Assembly (NCBI GenBank): GCA_038065395.1 | Contig: JBBTRB010000003.1 | Location: forward strand, 85,800-149,799 | Direction: 5' to 3' | From: Patescibacteria group bacterium | GTDB taxonomy: Bacteria > Patescibacteriota > Minisyncoccia > Phycocordibacterales > PALSA-1337 | DNA length: 64,000 nucleotides | Part shown: positions 36,750-46,832 of the stretch, one piece after another | How positions within the stretch are numbered: position 1 is the first letter of the stretch | Layout of the letters: every line of letters starts with the position of its first letter | Translations under genes and position numbers: made by a program | The notes under the pieces: model-generated | The model's input: the letters and a program-made list of their open reading frames with translations, nothing else | Databases searched by the model: none | Told to the model about the DNA's origin: nothing

Positions 36750-37967
36750 TTATAACGTTTTTGCTTTTGCGACGAGTGCCCGAGTGGCTTCTACTGCCTC
36801 ATTTGCTTTTTTCATAAGGAAAATCCGTGTTTCTTCATTGGGGTTATTGATTATCCTGTCTGTTCGAATTTTCTGAATACGATCTTCGATGATAGCGTTC
36901 TTCTGTGTTAGGTCTGCCACAAGAGCCTTCTTCGCCGCCTCTGTTTTCAACATACCTGTTTGGTTATCGTATTCAACTTGTATCTGGAATACCATCGATG
37001 CTTCTTGGCCGATAGCAAGTTCTACAAGTTTTCTCTCTTTGTATTTCTCCAGCGCCTGTAGTTGATCGGGATCAGGAGCAAGGTTCTCCAGCTGACTCTT
37101 TTGGACTTCGTATACCTTCTCAACCTCTTGTACGGCTTTTGTCCAGTTAACGTTAAGGAAGCCATCTTTGTAATTGTAAGGACGAGCAGTCACATCTAAG
37201 GCAGTTTTTCCGATAACCAGTTTGCTGTTCGCGGTGTCGCGGCGTATTTCATCACTGAGTGAGTCGATCTCTGCTTCGAGGGTTTCGATTTCTTTTGCAA
37301 GTTCTTCGTCGGATAAGGATGAATTCTTCTTGAGCTCCTCTATTTCAGTAGCGGCACGAACGATGAGTGCTGTACGTTCAGCGTTTTTCTTCTCTGTATC
37401 AGTAAGCATTTTCTGAGTTTCGGCCATATTGGTACGGAAAGCAGAGGCCTCTTTGCTCAATTCACTGAATATTCCTGCTGACACGCTCTCATACCGTATA
37501 CTCAACGGAGGCACCAACGTCGTCGGTATTGCCACCAGTCTCGGGTCTATCGTGCGGAGGATAATATATGAAGTAAGGACGAGGAGTAGTCCGAGTGCAG
37601 CGTTCTTGACCTTCTCGAGGCCGGCACCCTTGCCCTGCCATGAGTCCGTACTCATATATTGGAATCCTCCCCAGACGATCATGAACACTGCCGATACTGC
37701 AGCCAGAGCGATGGCAAGGTTGAAGAGATATTGTACGTAGTATTTGAAGTTGAGTTGCGTCTGGGGTTGACCAGCAGTACTTGCGGTACATGGGTCATCT
37801 GCCTCAGGGTTCTGACTCGGCACACACGGGAGCGGTTCGAGCAATGTATATGTGGGCAGTGGGTTGTTCGCAGGATTGCCGCCAGTATTGCCCCCTACTG
37901 TTGACTGAGCATACACAGAAGTCCCGAGAGACAAGGCGATGATCGTGAGGATAAAGATTTTTTTCAT
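36750..37967 (-). CDS. VirB2/TrbC-like T4SS pilin domain fused to a long coiled coil
   Basis: YTLLEPLP...YLFNLAIALAAVSAVFMIVWGGFQYM...KVKNAALGLLLVLTSYIILRTIDPRL, then helical charged tail. Confidence 0.65.
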   Translation of the reverse strand: MKKIFILTIIALSLGTSVYAQSTVGGNTGGNPANNPLPTYTLLEPLPCVPSQNPEADDPCTASTAGQPQTQLNFKYYVQYLFNLAIALAAVSAVFMIVWGGFQYMSTDSWQGKGAGLEKVKNAALGLLLVLTSYIILRTIDPRLVAIPTTLVPPLSIRYESVSAGIFSELSKEASAFRTNMAETQKMLTDTEKKNAERTALIVRAATEIEELKKNSSLSDEELAKEIETLEAEIDSLSDEIRRDTANSKLVIGKTALDVTARPYNYKDGFLNVNWTKAVQEVEKVYEVQKSQLENLAPDPDQLQALEKYKERKLVELAIGQEASMVFQIQVEYDNQTGMLKTEAAKKALVADLTQKNAIIEDRIQKIRTDRIINNPNEETRIFLMKKANEAVEATRALVAKAKTL

Positions 37968-37973
37968 AGGATT

Positions 37974-38999
37974 TTAGAATGAAATAAGGCTTCTCTCGTC
38001 CGGCTTCGAGAAAGAAGCGGTGAACGAAGTCGCTGCTTCCTGGAGGATGTTGAGGTTATGTTTGATCTGGAGTTCGATCGACGAGCGACCTTCTTCTTCG
38101 GGTGCACGGAGGACGATCGACTGGTTCTTCGCCAGATCTTCTCGGAGTGATCCGTTGACTGTCCAGAGGTAAGAGAGGTTCCCTGCCCCTTCGACAGGTT
38201 TGTTGAAACCATACGGTACTGCCAAGATAGAACTCTCACGTTGTCGGCCGAGATTGATATTGCTGCTGGCGGATTTATTGAAAAGAGGTCCATAGAGAGG
38301 GTCATCGATATACAAGAGTAACGATGCTGCCTGTGGAGATACGGATATATACCCTGTTGTTGCGGCACTGTTGTCTCTGGTGCGAGCGGTGACACTGATG
38401 GTATAAGGCCGAGGTACGATACCACCTTCGACTATCACGGAATTCTTGCCATAGCCAGATTGGTCACTGATAGCACGGTCGTTGCGTTGCCATTCGTAGA
38501 TCAGAGTTTTGGGGTCGTATTCGACTCCTGCACTATTGGCAAGATGCGGTATGGCGACGATCTTGACGTTATTTTCGAAGACGGGACTGATCTTGCCCAG
38601 GAAAAGTGGCGGAACATAGCCATCTGACTCGAGGATCAGGTCGACCGATCCAGAGCCGATAGTGATGGACTCTGCGAGCTGTTTGCCACTCGGAGCGATC
38701 ACGACGACACCGACCGCCACCTTTTTGCCCAGTGCTGGGGCGGTGACTTCTACTGTGTCTGCACCGAGTCCACGACGTCTCTCCTTGCCTTCGACGATCC
38801 ATACTACCGTGGATCCGCGGATATCTTCGACATAACTACGTACGGTCACGGTGATGGTCTGACCTGGTACAGGGTTGCTCGAAGACAGGGATAGGTCGAG
38901 TCCCCCTACCGAAGCAGGTACAGTCTGCGCGAACGTGACCGAAGAGAAGAACAGAGAGAAAATACAGACAAAAAAGATATAAAAAGACTTACCTTGCAT
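37974..38999 (-). CDS. Secreted beta-sandwich (Ig-like repeat) protein
   Basis: Signal peptide; repeated Y.W..NG motifs; P.PGQTITVTV. Confidence 0.6.
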   Translation of the reverse strand: MQGKSFYIFFVCIFSLFFSSVTFAQTVPASVGGLDLSLSSSNPVPGQTITVTVRSYVEDIRGSTVVWIVEGKERRRGLGADTVEVTAPALGKKVAVGVVVIAPSGKQLAESITIGSGSVDLILESDGYVPPLFLGKISPVFENNVKIVAIPHLANSAGVEYDPKTLIYEWQRNDRAISDQSGYGKNSVIVEGGIVPRPYTISVTARTRDNSAATTGYISVSPQAASLLLYIDDPLYGPLFNKSASSNINLGRQRESSILAVPYGFNKPVEGAGNLSYLWTVNGSLREDLAKNQSIVLRAPEEEGRSSIELQIKHNLNILQEAATSFTASFSKPDERSLISF

Positions 39000-39020
39000 G
39001 CATATATTGTAGCATAGAGA

Positions 39021-39488
39021 CTACGCAGCTTCTTCGTAATCCTGTGGAGCACGAACTCCGTCACTCACGAGGGGCTGGATGCTAGAGCGACTTGGTGCTG
39101 AGGGTTGAGGTTGGCTCGGTTGACGGACACCACCGGCATTAAAGGTTGGTTGTTTAGTGAATTTGCCATGAGTTGCGTCTTTGAGAGAGATACCTGTTTT
39201 TTCTTGAACCTTGAGAAATGCGAGCAGAATGATCATGCCCACTACGATCGTTGGCAAGGATTGCACGATAGGTAGTATCTCTGCGAGACCAGAAACTACC
39301 ATTGGCGCCAAACGACGGGCATTGAGGAGACCAAAACCTTTGTAATAGAAGTACCACGCTACACAGAACCAAAACGCCGGTCCAACCGCGATACCTACTC
39401 CAGGAATGATGCTCAAGAGGTCTGCTAGAAGCGCCACGAACACGAGTATGATCATGGCCATAATGCCTATCTGTGGAGGATTGTTCAT
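39021..39488 (-). CDS. Small multi-TM protein in T4SS cluster
   Basis: ALLADLLSIIPGVG...EILPIVQSLP hydrophobic hairpins. Confidence 0.65.
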   Translation of the reverse strand: MNNPPQIGIMAMIILVFVALLADLLSIIPGVGIAVGPAFWFCVAWYFYYKGFGLLNARRLAPMVVSGLAEILPIVQSLPTIVVGMIILLAFLKVQEKTGISLKDATHGKFTKQPTFNAGGVRQPSQPQPSAPSRSSIQPLVSDGVRAPQDYEEAA

Positions 39489-39504
39489 GTGAGGTAGTAT
39501 ACCA

Positions 39505-41316
39505 TTACCCTACCTGCTCCAACTCCTTCTTGGCTTGCTGGATCTGCATGACCTGAGCTGGGTTGGTGGTGATGATCTGGTCTTCGGTGTAGGATGCCAC
39601 GATCTTGATCGCAACGTGCTTGAGGCCGACGAAGAATATACCCTCCCCTACGTCTGACTCGAGCAAGAGATACTTTTCCTCATCGGTGAGGTTGAAGGTC
39701 TTCTGGATACTGTCGATAACTGCTGGGGATTGCTTGAGGAGGATCTGGATCGATGAGTTGGTGACGATCGGTAGGCCATACGGCGAGTTCAGGAAGTCCC
39801 CTACGTCCTGGGTGATTGTCATCAGTCCCAAGAAGTATTTGCGACCTCTTTTTGCCAGACTAAAGAGGAACGAAGCGGTGTCTTCGGATTTCATCATCCA
39901 CCATGCTTCATCGATGACCAGGAGGCGTTTCTTGAGGTTCTTGCGGACAGCGTTCCATATATAGTGCGTGACGATGTACATGGCAACTGGTTTGAGCTCG
40001 TCTTCCATGTCGCGCAGTGAGAACACCACGAACTTTTTGTTGATGTCGACGTTCGAAGGACGGTTGATGAAGCCAGACCAGGTACCTTTTGTGTATTTGC
40101 CGAGACGCTCTACCAGAGAGCTTGCCCCTTCCATGCCGGCAAGTACGAGCTCGAAGTCAGAGAGGAGTGGTGGTTCGACATTGCGGAAGTCGGACTCCGG
40201 TGTGATGTCTTTGAGGGCATATGTCTCGGTGATGGCGCGGTCGATGAGCGCATCTTCTTCCTGGGTGAGACCTCCCAACATGATACGGAAGAGACCGACG
40301 AGGTTGATGGTGTTGGAGCGCAGGATGTCAGCCGCGGACTCGTCTTGCCCAGGGATCGGCAGATCAAAAGGGTTGATATGGTGTTCGGAGTTCAGAGATA
40401 TATTGAAATATTTGCCTCCCGTAGCCTCGGCCATATACTCGTATTCTTTTTCTGGATCAATGACGATGACATCGGTATCGAACATCAGTGTTCGTAGGAT
40501 CTCGAGTTTGGTGCAGTAGGACTTACCTGCACCAGCTACGGCGAACGTCACAGAGTTATAGTTGCCCAGCAAGAATCTGTCAAAAAGCACCAACGAGGAG
40601 TTGTGACGGTTGATACCATAGAGGATGCCTTTGTCTGAGGTCAGGTCAAAAGAGACAAATGGGAAAAGGCTCGAAAGGGGCGAAGAGTTGAGCTTGGAAT
40701 GTACGGCGAGCTGGTCGTCCCCTGTTGGGATCACACTCTTGAACCCTTGCTCTTGTTGGAAGAGAGCTGGTTTGACGTAGATGAGTTTGGATTCGAGGAT
40801 GGACTTGATCTCGGACTCGAGCTTGTCGAGTTCGCCTTCGTTGTCTGCAAAGAGGGTGATGTAGACGCCAACATCGAAGAGGTGTTCTTGCGCTTGCATC
40901 AGTTGGTCGCGGAGCGCCTCGAGATCTTGGTAGGCGGTATCGAGTGCAGGGTCGCGTACGAGTCCTTTGCTCTCTCGGCGAGAGATCTGACTCTGAACCT
41001 CGGCAACTTTCTTTTGGAAATGACGGAGCACCTTGGCGGTATCGATCGGATGTACGAAAATAGAGACGTTGAAGACCTTGTCGAGGTTGATGATCGGGGC
41101 GAACCAGCTCTCATCGAGGAATCGTGGATATGAGATGACGAAGAGTGTTCGACCGACCTTCTCGCCGAGGTTGATGTCTTTGGAGCTGACCTTGAGTGCC
41201 GAAGGAGCGATGACATCCTTGAGCTCGAGCACGCCAGCCTGGTATATCTCCTCGGGCAGGATGGAGACGATCGGACTGGCTTCTTTTTTACCTAATAATT
41301 TTGAAAATATGGACAT
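39505..41316 (-). CDS. virB4: VirB4/TraE-like T4SS ATPase
   Basis: YGIN..N.SLVLFDRF, AVAGAGKSY Walker A, IDPEKEY, INPFD, LVIDEAW, KRGRKY, ITQDV. Confidence 0.88.
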   Translation of the reverse strand: MSIFSKLLGKKEASPIVSILPEEIYQAGVLELKDVIAPSALKVSSKDINLGEKVGRTLFVISYPRFLDESWFAPIINLDKVFNVSIFVHPIDTAKVLRHFQKKVAEVQSQISRRESKGLVRDPALDTAYQDLEALRDQLMQAQEHLFDVGVYITLFADNEGELDKLESEIKSILESKLIYVKPALFQQEQGFKSVIPTGDDQLAVHSKLNSSPLSSLFPFVSFDLTSDKGILYGINRHNSSLVLFDRFLLGNYNSVTFAVAGAGKSYCTKLEILRTLMFDTDVIVIDPEKEYEYMAEATGGKYFNISLNSEHHINPFDLPIPGQDESAADILRSNTINLVGLFRIMLGGLTQEEDALIDRAITETYALKDITPESDFRNVEPPLLSDFELVLAGMEGASSLVERLGKYTKGTWSGFINRPSNVDINKKFVVFSLRDMEDELKPVAMYIVTHYIWNAVRKNLKKRLLVIDEAWWMMKSEDTASFLFSLAKRGRKYFLGLMTITQDVGDFLNSPYGLPIVTNSSIQILLKQSPAVIDSIQKTFNLTDEEKYLLLESDVGEGIFFVGLKHVAIKIVASYTEDQIITTNPAQVMQIQQAKKELEQVG

Positions 41317-41320
41317 GGGA

Positions 41321-41419
41321 AAGTGTAATTGGAACCTAGTAACTCGTAACTAGAAAAACACACACATGGCTTTTTCTAGTTACAAATTTCTTTTTACGAG
41401 TTACGGTGTTCATGTGATT
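41321..41419. repeat. 99-bp perfect direct repeat, copy 1
   Basis: Identical to 42049-42147; internal inverted repeats TAACTAGAAAAA/TTTTTCTAGTTA and GTAACTCGTAA/TTACGAGTTAC. Confidence 0.9.
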
Positions 41420-42048
41420 TGTATCGGCTTCTCGGTCTCGCCCGGGTTGAAGATTTTGTAGAATAATTCTACCACTTCTTCGGTTCCGAGTTCTGCACTG
41501 CGGACGCCGCAGCGTACCAGTCCCTGTTCGACTACTGATACTCGCTGTTCGAGCTGACTCCTGTATTCCTGGAATTTGTCATCGAGCGATCCGGCATCCG
41601 CTCCCTTCTTGCCCTTGGGCATCATGTTGGCGAGAGGGTTCTTGCTGGCGGTCATGAGTGGTGGATCGTACGGTATGACCACGAAGAAACTCTTGGACAT
41701 GATGTTGGTGCTCTCGACAAAGGTGCGGATGAACTCGATATATTCTCGGACCTGGATCTTCATGAGCTCAGTGAGCTGCTCTTTGTACTGCCCTTCGAGG
41801 AGGGCAATGTATGGCCTGATATCGAGCTTCTTGGACTGGATACAAATCTGGATCGAGAAATCCAGCGAGTTGAGGAAGTTCTGGAACTGCATCATGATCG
41901 AATTCTGCTCATCAGAAGACTTGAGAGCGAAGTTCAGTGACGATGCCAGGATGATGGCACGCATGCCGCCGTTCTTGAGGATGACCACACCATCGCGGAT
42001 CTCCTGGATCGGTACAAAGTTTTGGGTTGATTGGGGTGCTGTAGGCAT
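41410..42048 (-). CDS. VirB4 N-terminal-like (TrsD/TraC-N-like) T4SS protein
   Basis: TQNFVPIQEIRDGVVILK, NFALKS.DEQ, FLNSLDF.IQI, ELFYKIFNP; between prgI and virB4. Confidence 0.7.
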   Translation of the reverse strand: MPTAPQSTQNFVPIQEIRDGVVILKNGGMRAIILASSLNFALKSSDEQNSIMMQFQNFLNSLDFSIQICIQSKKLDIRPYIALLEGQYKEQLTELMKIQVREYIEFIRTFVESTNIMSKSFFVVIPYDPPLMTASKNPLANMMPKGKKGADAGSLDDKFQEYRSQLEQRVSVVEQGLVRCGVRSAELGTEEVVELFYKIFNPGETEKPIQIT

Positions 42049-42147
42049 AAGTGTAATTGGAACCTAGTAACTCGTAACTAGAAAAACACACACATGGCTT
42101 TTTCTAGTTACAAATTTCTTTTTACGAGTTACGGTGTTCATGTGATT
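42049..42147. repeat. 99-bp perfect direct repeat, copy 2
   Basis: Identical to 41321-41419. Confidence 0.9.
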
Positions 42148-42580
42148 ACTTCTGGTTACGGTTAGAATACATACTCTCTTTGATATCCAAACTCCAGGTC
42201 ATGTCTTTGAGTTTGCTGTTGGAGATCTTGGGGATCATGACAGACGCATAGGTCTTGGCATCTTTGAGTGCAGTACGCGTGTCGGTTGGTCGTGGCTTGT
42301 CTTCTTTTTTCCAAATATAGAGCTTGGCATTGCTGTAGTATTTGAATGCTGACTCGGCGATGTTTATGAAAGGTCTGTTATGGAGCTTGAAGAAAGCGAG
42401 CGCCGCAGAGATACCGAGGATCACCATGATGGGAATGAGCGAGAGGACAAAACTCTTGAGGAAAACATATACCAGGAATGAAAGGCCTCCCCCACCCGCG
42501 AGATATATGAACTGTTTGAGAGTCAGTGGTCCGAAGATCTTATCTTCGACTTCGATGAATTGAGGAACTTGGAAACGCAT
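42146..42580 (-). CDS. prgI: PrgI family (VirB3-like) T4SS protein
   Basis: MRFQVPQFIEVEDKIFGPLTLKQFIYL, 2 TM, NRPF. Confidence 0.85.
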   Translation of the reverse strand: MRFQVPQFIEVEDKIFGPLTLKQFIYLAGGGGLSFLVYVFLKSFVLSLIPIMVILGISAALAFFKLHNRPFINIAESAFKYYSNAKLYIWKKEDKPRPTDTRTALKDAKTYASVMIPKISNSKLKDMTWSLDIKESMYSNRNQK

Positions 42581-42608
42581 CGATAGTATTATACCTCACC
42601 CCCACTCC

Positions 42609-43331
42609 TTATTCTATTGCCTCGCGGTACGGATCTGGTCCCGGGGCAACCTTCGGTGCCGGAGGAGTTGCCTTTGGGGTTTCTTTGGTTGGAGCTCCGA
42701 CTACCTTGACCACTTTCTCCTCGGGGATCGAGGTCGGCTTGTTCATCAAGAGATCAACCAAGGGCTCTGTATGAACATCCACCCTCGCTGGCGCTATCGG
42801 CTGTGGTGTAGGTTCTGGATTCTCGAGCGCATCGAGGAGTGCTTCCCTGTGAGTACTGGTCGCAGTCTCATCAGACATAGTCTTGAGTGACTCCGTCTTC
42901 TCCTCTGCTCCCTCTTTCTGAGGCTCTTCGATGGTGAAGTTACCGATCTTCTCGAGATCAGAGATGGAGGAGGTGTATGTAGGATCAGTGAGATCTTTGT
43001 CTTGTTCGAACTTTTCTTCCAAAGATTGCATGGCAGATTTTATCTTCGAGAATATTTCCTTGTTAACGTCATCCGCAATTTCGGCAGATACACTTTCTCG
43101 GATGTTTGCTTGGTTAGATAAGTTTTTCACAAATTCTTTTGAGGGAATAAGGCCAAGCATCACCAAACCAATGAGATCAACAAGTTCTCCCAGTTGATCG
43201 ATGTGGAGTGAATGCTTATCCCCTATCGCTTGAATGGCAGTGTTTATCTCAGGTGAAGAAATAGCCTCCTGAAGATCTTTTGGAAGTTGCTCGAAGCGTT
43301 CTTGAATTTGTTCGGCGCTAAATTGTTTCAT
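42609..43331 (-). CDS. Conserved hypothetical cytoplasmic protein with acidic/Pro-rich tail
   Basis: RFEQLPKDLQEAI...LHIDQ...VMLG...C-terminal DPYREAIE. Confidence 0.7.
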   Translation of the reverse strand: MKQFSAEQIQERFEQLPKDLQEAISSPEINTAIQAIGDKHSLHIDQLGELVDLIGLVMLGLIPSKEFVKNLSNQANIRESVSAEIADDVNKEIFSKIKSAMQSLEEKFEQDKDLTDPTYTSSISDLEKIGNFTIEEPQKEGAEEKTESLKTMSDETATSTHREALLDALENPEPTPQPIAPARVDVHTEPLVDLLMNKPTSIPEEKVVKVVGAPTKETPKATPPAPKVAPGPDPYREAIE

Positions 43332-43332
43332 A

Positions 43333-45213
43333 TTATTTTTTATCGGATCCAGACTTCTTTTCCTCGTCACCACCCTTCTCTTCCTTGTTACTATCGCCAA
43401 CCTTCTTCACCAGATCATCAAAAGATTCCTTGCTCTTAGCCTCTTCTCCTTCCTTGATTTTGTCTTCCAAATCCTTAATTCCTTTCTTTAGAGTATCAAT
43501 TTTAGCAATACTCTCTATTTTTGGAGGTTTCGGTCTTCCAAAACCTACGGGATTAGAATCACTATCCATTTCCTTTTCAAGGTCTTTCATCTCTCGCTCC
43601 ATATCCGCCTTGAGCTTCTTATTTTTTTCCAAATCGGATTTCGCCTGTTTCTTAGCGGCTTCCTTGTTCAATTTTTCTGCAGTCTCTCTTCCGGCACGTC
43701 CATTCAACATGAAGTTGAGTACCGTATTTTCGTATGGAAGATTCCTTCTGAATTCAGCCTGCATTGCCTTGGCATCTTTCTCGGCCTGGTCAGCACTAGC
43801 CTTATCCGAATATAGACTTCTGTTCACTGTTCCAACCCTCTTGTATAGATCCTCTTGAGCTTTCTTCTGTGCTTTTAGTGTAGCTTCATAACTAGCTTTT
43901 TTGTCACCAAAACCATTGGAACTCAAAGCAGACAGTCCTTTTGAGGCCATAAGTCCCAATCCTGGAACTCTACTAGATAATCCTCTCAAGGCTTCACTTT
44001 CATTGAGTCTATAAGCAGCTCTTCCGACAGTGTTTCTGTTTGTCCATCTTCCCAAACCGCCCCACATCCCTGCTGCACCGATCTTATCTGTATTGATAAA
44101 CTTGAGTATTCCACCACTGATACTGACCGCTGCAACCAATGGGAAGTTGAGGAGAACGATCACGATCACCGCGTTGATGACGAGTGTCATGATACTGGAG
44201 TACCAGGTCGTCGAGTTCGTAGAGGCGGCGCTGGCAAGGTCGACACCAGTCAGGAGCGGTGTTGTGGTCAGGACGCTGAGTGCCAGGTACATCAGGAGTA
44301 GATACACCGGCATGAAGACGAGCATGCCCTTGTAGAGACTGGTCCACTTTTCTGCATACTTCCCTATCTCCGGGACGATATGAGATGCGAACCAGATCGG
44401 TGAGAATGCCAGGAGGAAGATCAACACTACGAAACGAATGACGAATGCTAGTGCCGCCGCGGCGAAACTCAATGCCGCAGTGATCATGATCATGATCGAG
44501 GCGATACCGATCATCATGATCTTGATCGGTGCCGTCCAGGCCCCACCAGCTGCAGCGGTCGAAGCGGCCGGAGTGATACTACCGTTGGTGTTGTAGAGCG
44601 CAGGGATCTTCAAAGACTTCATGAAGATATCAGAGAGTCCCCCGTCATTGGATGACCCTATCGATCTATTAACGAGTCCTGCGGGACTGAGGTTGCCTGC
44701 ATTGAGCGAGTTGGCAGGAGCGATCGCATTGTAGAGTTGGATCGAGACGATGTTGGAGACATCGATACCGAGTCCTGCGAAGAAGAAACTAAAGTTGATG
44801 ACGACACCAGCGATGACAATGTTCTTGATGAGCGTTCCGAACTTGGCATCTTGGAGACCGAGGATCAGTCGTAGTGCCGCATAGAGCAAGGTGAAGATGA
44901 TGAAAAGGCCAGAAATATCACGCAACGCTTTCCAGGTAGTGAAGACTGCCGGTGTCTGTTGCAAGAATGACTTCATCTGCAAGGTCAGGTTGATCGAGTA
45001 GTTGAGCAAGAATCCGGACAATGCCAGTATCCATCCTGCCCCCATCTGGATGAAGTTGATGATCTGGGCCAATATCTCGGCTACGATCATCATCAAGTTA
45101 TCAAAACCAAAAAGGTTGGCCACAATATTTTGTGCATGCGCAACGTGTGTGCCCAAGAGCCATCCTCCGAGGATAGCGAGCGAGATTATGAAGATGTTAC
45201 GGATGTTCCTCAT
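43333..45213 (-). CDS. VirB6/TrbL-like polytopic T4SS membrane protein with charged C-terminal tail
   Basis: WKALRDI, INFSFFF...IDVSN, IRFVVLIFLLAFSPIWF, multiple TM; upstream of prgI/virB4. Confidence 0.7.
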   Translation of the reverse strand: MRNIRNIFIISLAILGGWLLGTHVAHAQNIVANLFGFDNLMMIVAEILAQIINFIQMGAGWILALSGFLLNYSINLTLQMKSFLQQTPAVFTTWKALRDISGLFIIFTLLYAALRLILGLQDAKFGTLIKNIVIAGVVINFSFFFAGLGIDVSNIVSIQLYNAIAPANSLNAGNLSPAGLVNRSIGSSNDGGLSDIFMKSLKIPALYNTNGSITPAASTAAAGGAWTAPIKIMMIGIASIMIMITAALSFAAAALAFVIRFVVLIFLLAFSPIWFASHIVPEIGKYAEKWTSLYKGMLVFMPVYLLLMYLALSVLTTTPLLTGVDLASAASTNSTTWYSSIMTLVINAVIVIVLLNFPLVAAVSISGGILKFINTDKIGAAGMWGGLGRWTNRNTVGRAAYRLNESEALRGLSSRVPGLGLMASKGLSALSSNGFGDKKASYEATLKAQKKAQEDLYKRVGTVNRSLYSDKASADQAEKDAKAMQAEFRRNLPYENTVLNFMLNGRAGRETAEKLNKEAAKKQAKSDLEKNKKLKADMEREMKDLEKEMDSDSNPVGFGRPKPPKIESIAKIDTLKKGIKDLEDKIKEGEEAKSKESFDDLVKKVGDSNKEEKGGDEEKKSGSDKK

Positions 45214-46832
45214 GGGTTTGTAGGCGGCTTGTTACATGCGTTTTGGAATGTGGAGGCTTTTGCAGTGAGGTCTTTATTCTCTTCTTTCACCTTCTTCACA
45301 TCATCAGCCGCCATGGTTACATTCATGCGAGACTTGATGGTGGCAACGAGCTCTGATATGCCCAGATAATTCTGGAGCTGTTGGTCTGGATTGGCCTCGG
45401 TAGTTGTAGCCAGGCCACTTGTTTTGGCGCTATTGAGTTGTTGCATCTGGATCTCTGCGTTGAGTTGCTTGGCAACCATCTCTGTGAAGAGTGGCGTGAA
45501 GTCGGTCGTCAAGAAACTGTCGAGCATAGAGATCTGGCTCTGGAAATAAGGCGCCATAGCGGTATTCTCAGGGAGAGATGACTTGGTCACGAGACAGGTG
45601 CGGGCTGTGTCGAATTTTGATTTCGTCTCAGTGAGGAGGGTGACTGTCTGGTCATAGTTTGCCTTGTATGTTGTTACGACCTTGATACCAGAATCGATAT
45701 CTTTCTCCAGTTGTTTGCGAGCGATCTCCCCTTCTCTCCTCGACTCATTGAGTATACGCGCGGTATATGATCCTTTGCCTCCAGAGTCGTTATCACTGAG
45801 AGTACTCAAGCCTTTTTCGAGAGCAACACTGACCATCTTGCTCACTAGTGCATCGAAGACCGCATTGATACTATCTGCCAGCTCGAGTTCTCGTACAGAA
45901 GAGCCGAGCTGATTGGCAAGAGAATTTTCTATGACAGATCCAGGGGTTTCGGTCTTGCAACTCTGGTAGGTGACACCTCCAGTCTTTTTGTCTACTTTTT
46001 TCTTGAGACTAGTACTTTCTCCATCTTCAGCTTGGCCAGTCTGAGCAGTCTGGTTTCCGAATTGTTTAAATTGCTCACCCTGACTTTCTGAAAGTGCCAT
46101 GTCTCCCGAAGTCACATTCTCTGTCACATCCTTGCATCTATTGAATGAGAGGAAGCCTCTTCCGCGGTTGAGATCCATGTTGACCTCAGAGTGCTTCTTG
46201 GAAATACGTGACAGAAGGTCACTGTGGGCATAGAGGTACGCACCAGAATAGCTATTCTGAGGCTCGGTCGAAAGAGCGACGAAGCTTGCCCAGCCTCCTT
46301 GGGAGAAGTCGCCAGCATTGAATCCGTTGATAGTGATACCGCGTGCAGCTGCATCCTTGGTATTCTGGATGATCTTGCCCAAGGTACAAGTGTACCTTTG
46401 ACTATTACGGGCAGACATTTGCAGGGCAAGAGTCAGACGAATATCAAAACTAAAAGGAGAACATAAGTTCGATAGCGGTCCACCTCCCCCGCCCTCTAGG
46501 AATTCGCCGGTTACTTGGTCGGCCGCATCGAGGAAGAATCCGTTCGGGTTTGTGATGAATGAAGGGCTGCCTTCGAAACCGGTATTGATCCAGTTGATAA
46601 CACTCGTGGTGAGTTGGTGGAGGAGTTGTTTCGCGATCGCCGTAGCCGCTCTGTCCAAGATGAAATCCTTCGCATTACCCATGATGTTATGGAAGTTGAA
46701 GTCCGTACCAATAGGCACATTGAGCCCCTGTGCTTGTGCGGGTAATGGTTTGATCAGGGGTACAAAAACAGCAACAAATAGGCATATGATCAGGATTTTT
46801 CTGTGTAGGTTTTGATTGAGAATAGGCATCAT
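45210..46832 (-). CDS. Secreted/membrane T4SS-associated hypothetical protein
   Basis: Signal peptide; LTTSVINWINTGFEGSPSFITNP, LCSPF, GRGFLS...C, C..ETPG. Confidence 0.65.
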   Translation of the reverse strand: MMPILNQNLHRKILIICLFVAVFVPLIKPLPAQAQGLNVPIGTDFNFHNIMGNAKDFILDRAATAIAKQLLHQLTTSVINWINTGFEGSPSFITNPNGFFLDAADQVTGEFLEGGGGGPLSNLCSPFSFDIRLTLALQMSARNSQRYTCTLGKIIQNTKDAAARGITINGFNAGDFSQGGWASFVALSTEPQNSYSGAYLYAHSDLLSRISKKHSEVNMDLNRGRGFLSFNRCKDVTENVTSGDMALSESQGEQFKQFGNQTAQTGQAEDGESTSLKKKVDKKTGGVTYQSCKTETPGSVIENSLANQLGSSVRELELADSINAVFDALVSKMVSVALEKGLSTLSDNDSGGKGSYTARILNESRREGEIARKQLEKDIDSGIKVVTTYKANYDQTVTLLTETKSKFDTARTCLVTKSSLPENTAMAPYFQSQISMLDSFLTTDFTPLFTEMVAKQLNAEIQMQQLNSAKTSGLATTTEANPDQQLQNYLGISELVATIKSRMNVTMAADDVKKVKEENKDLTAKASTFQNACNKPPTNP

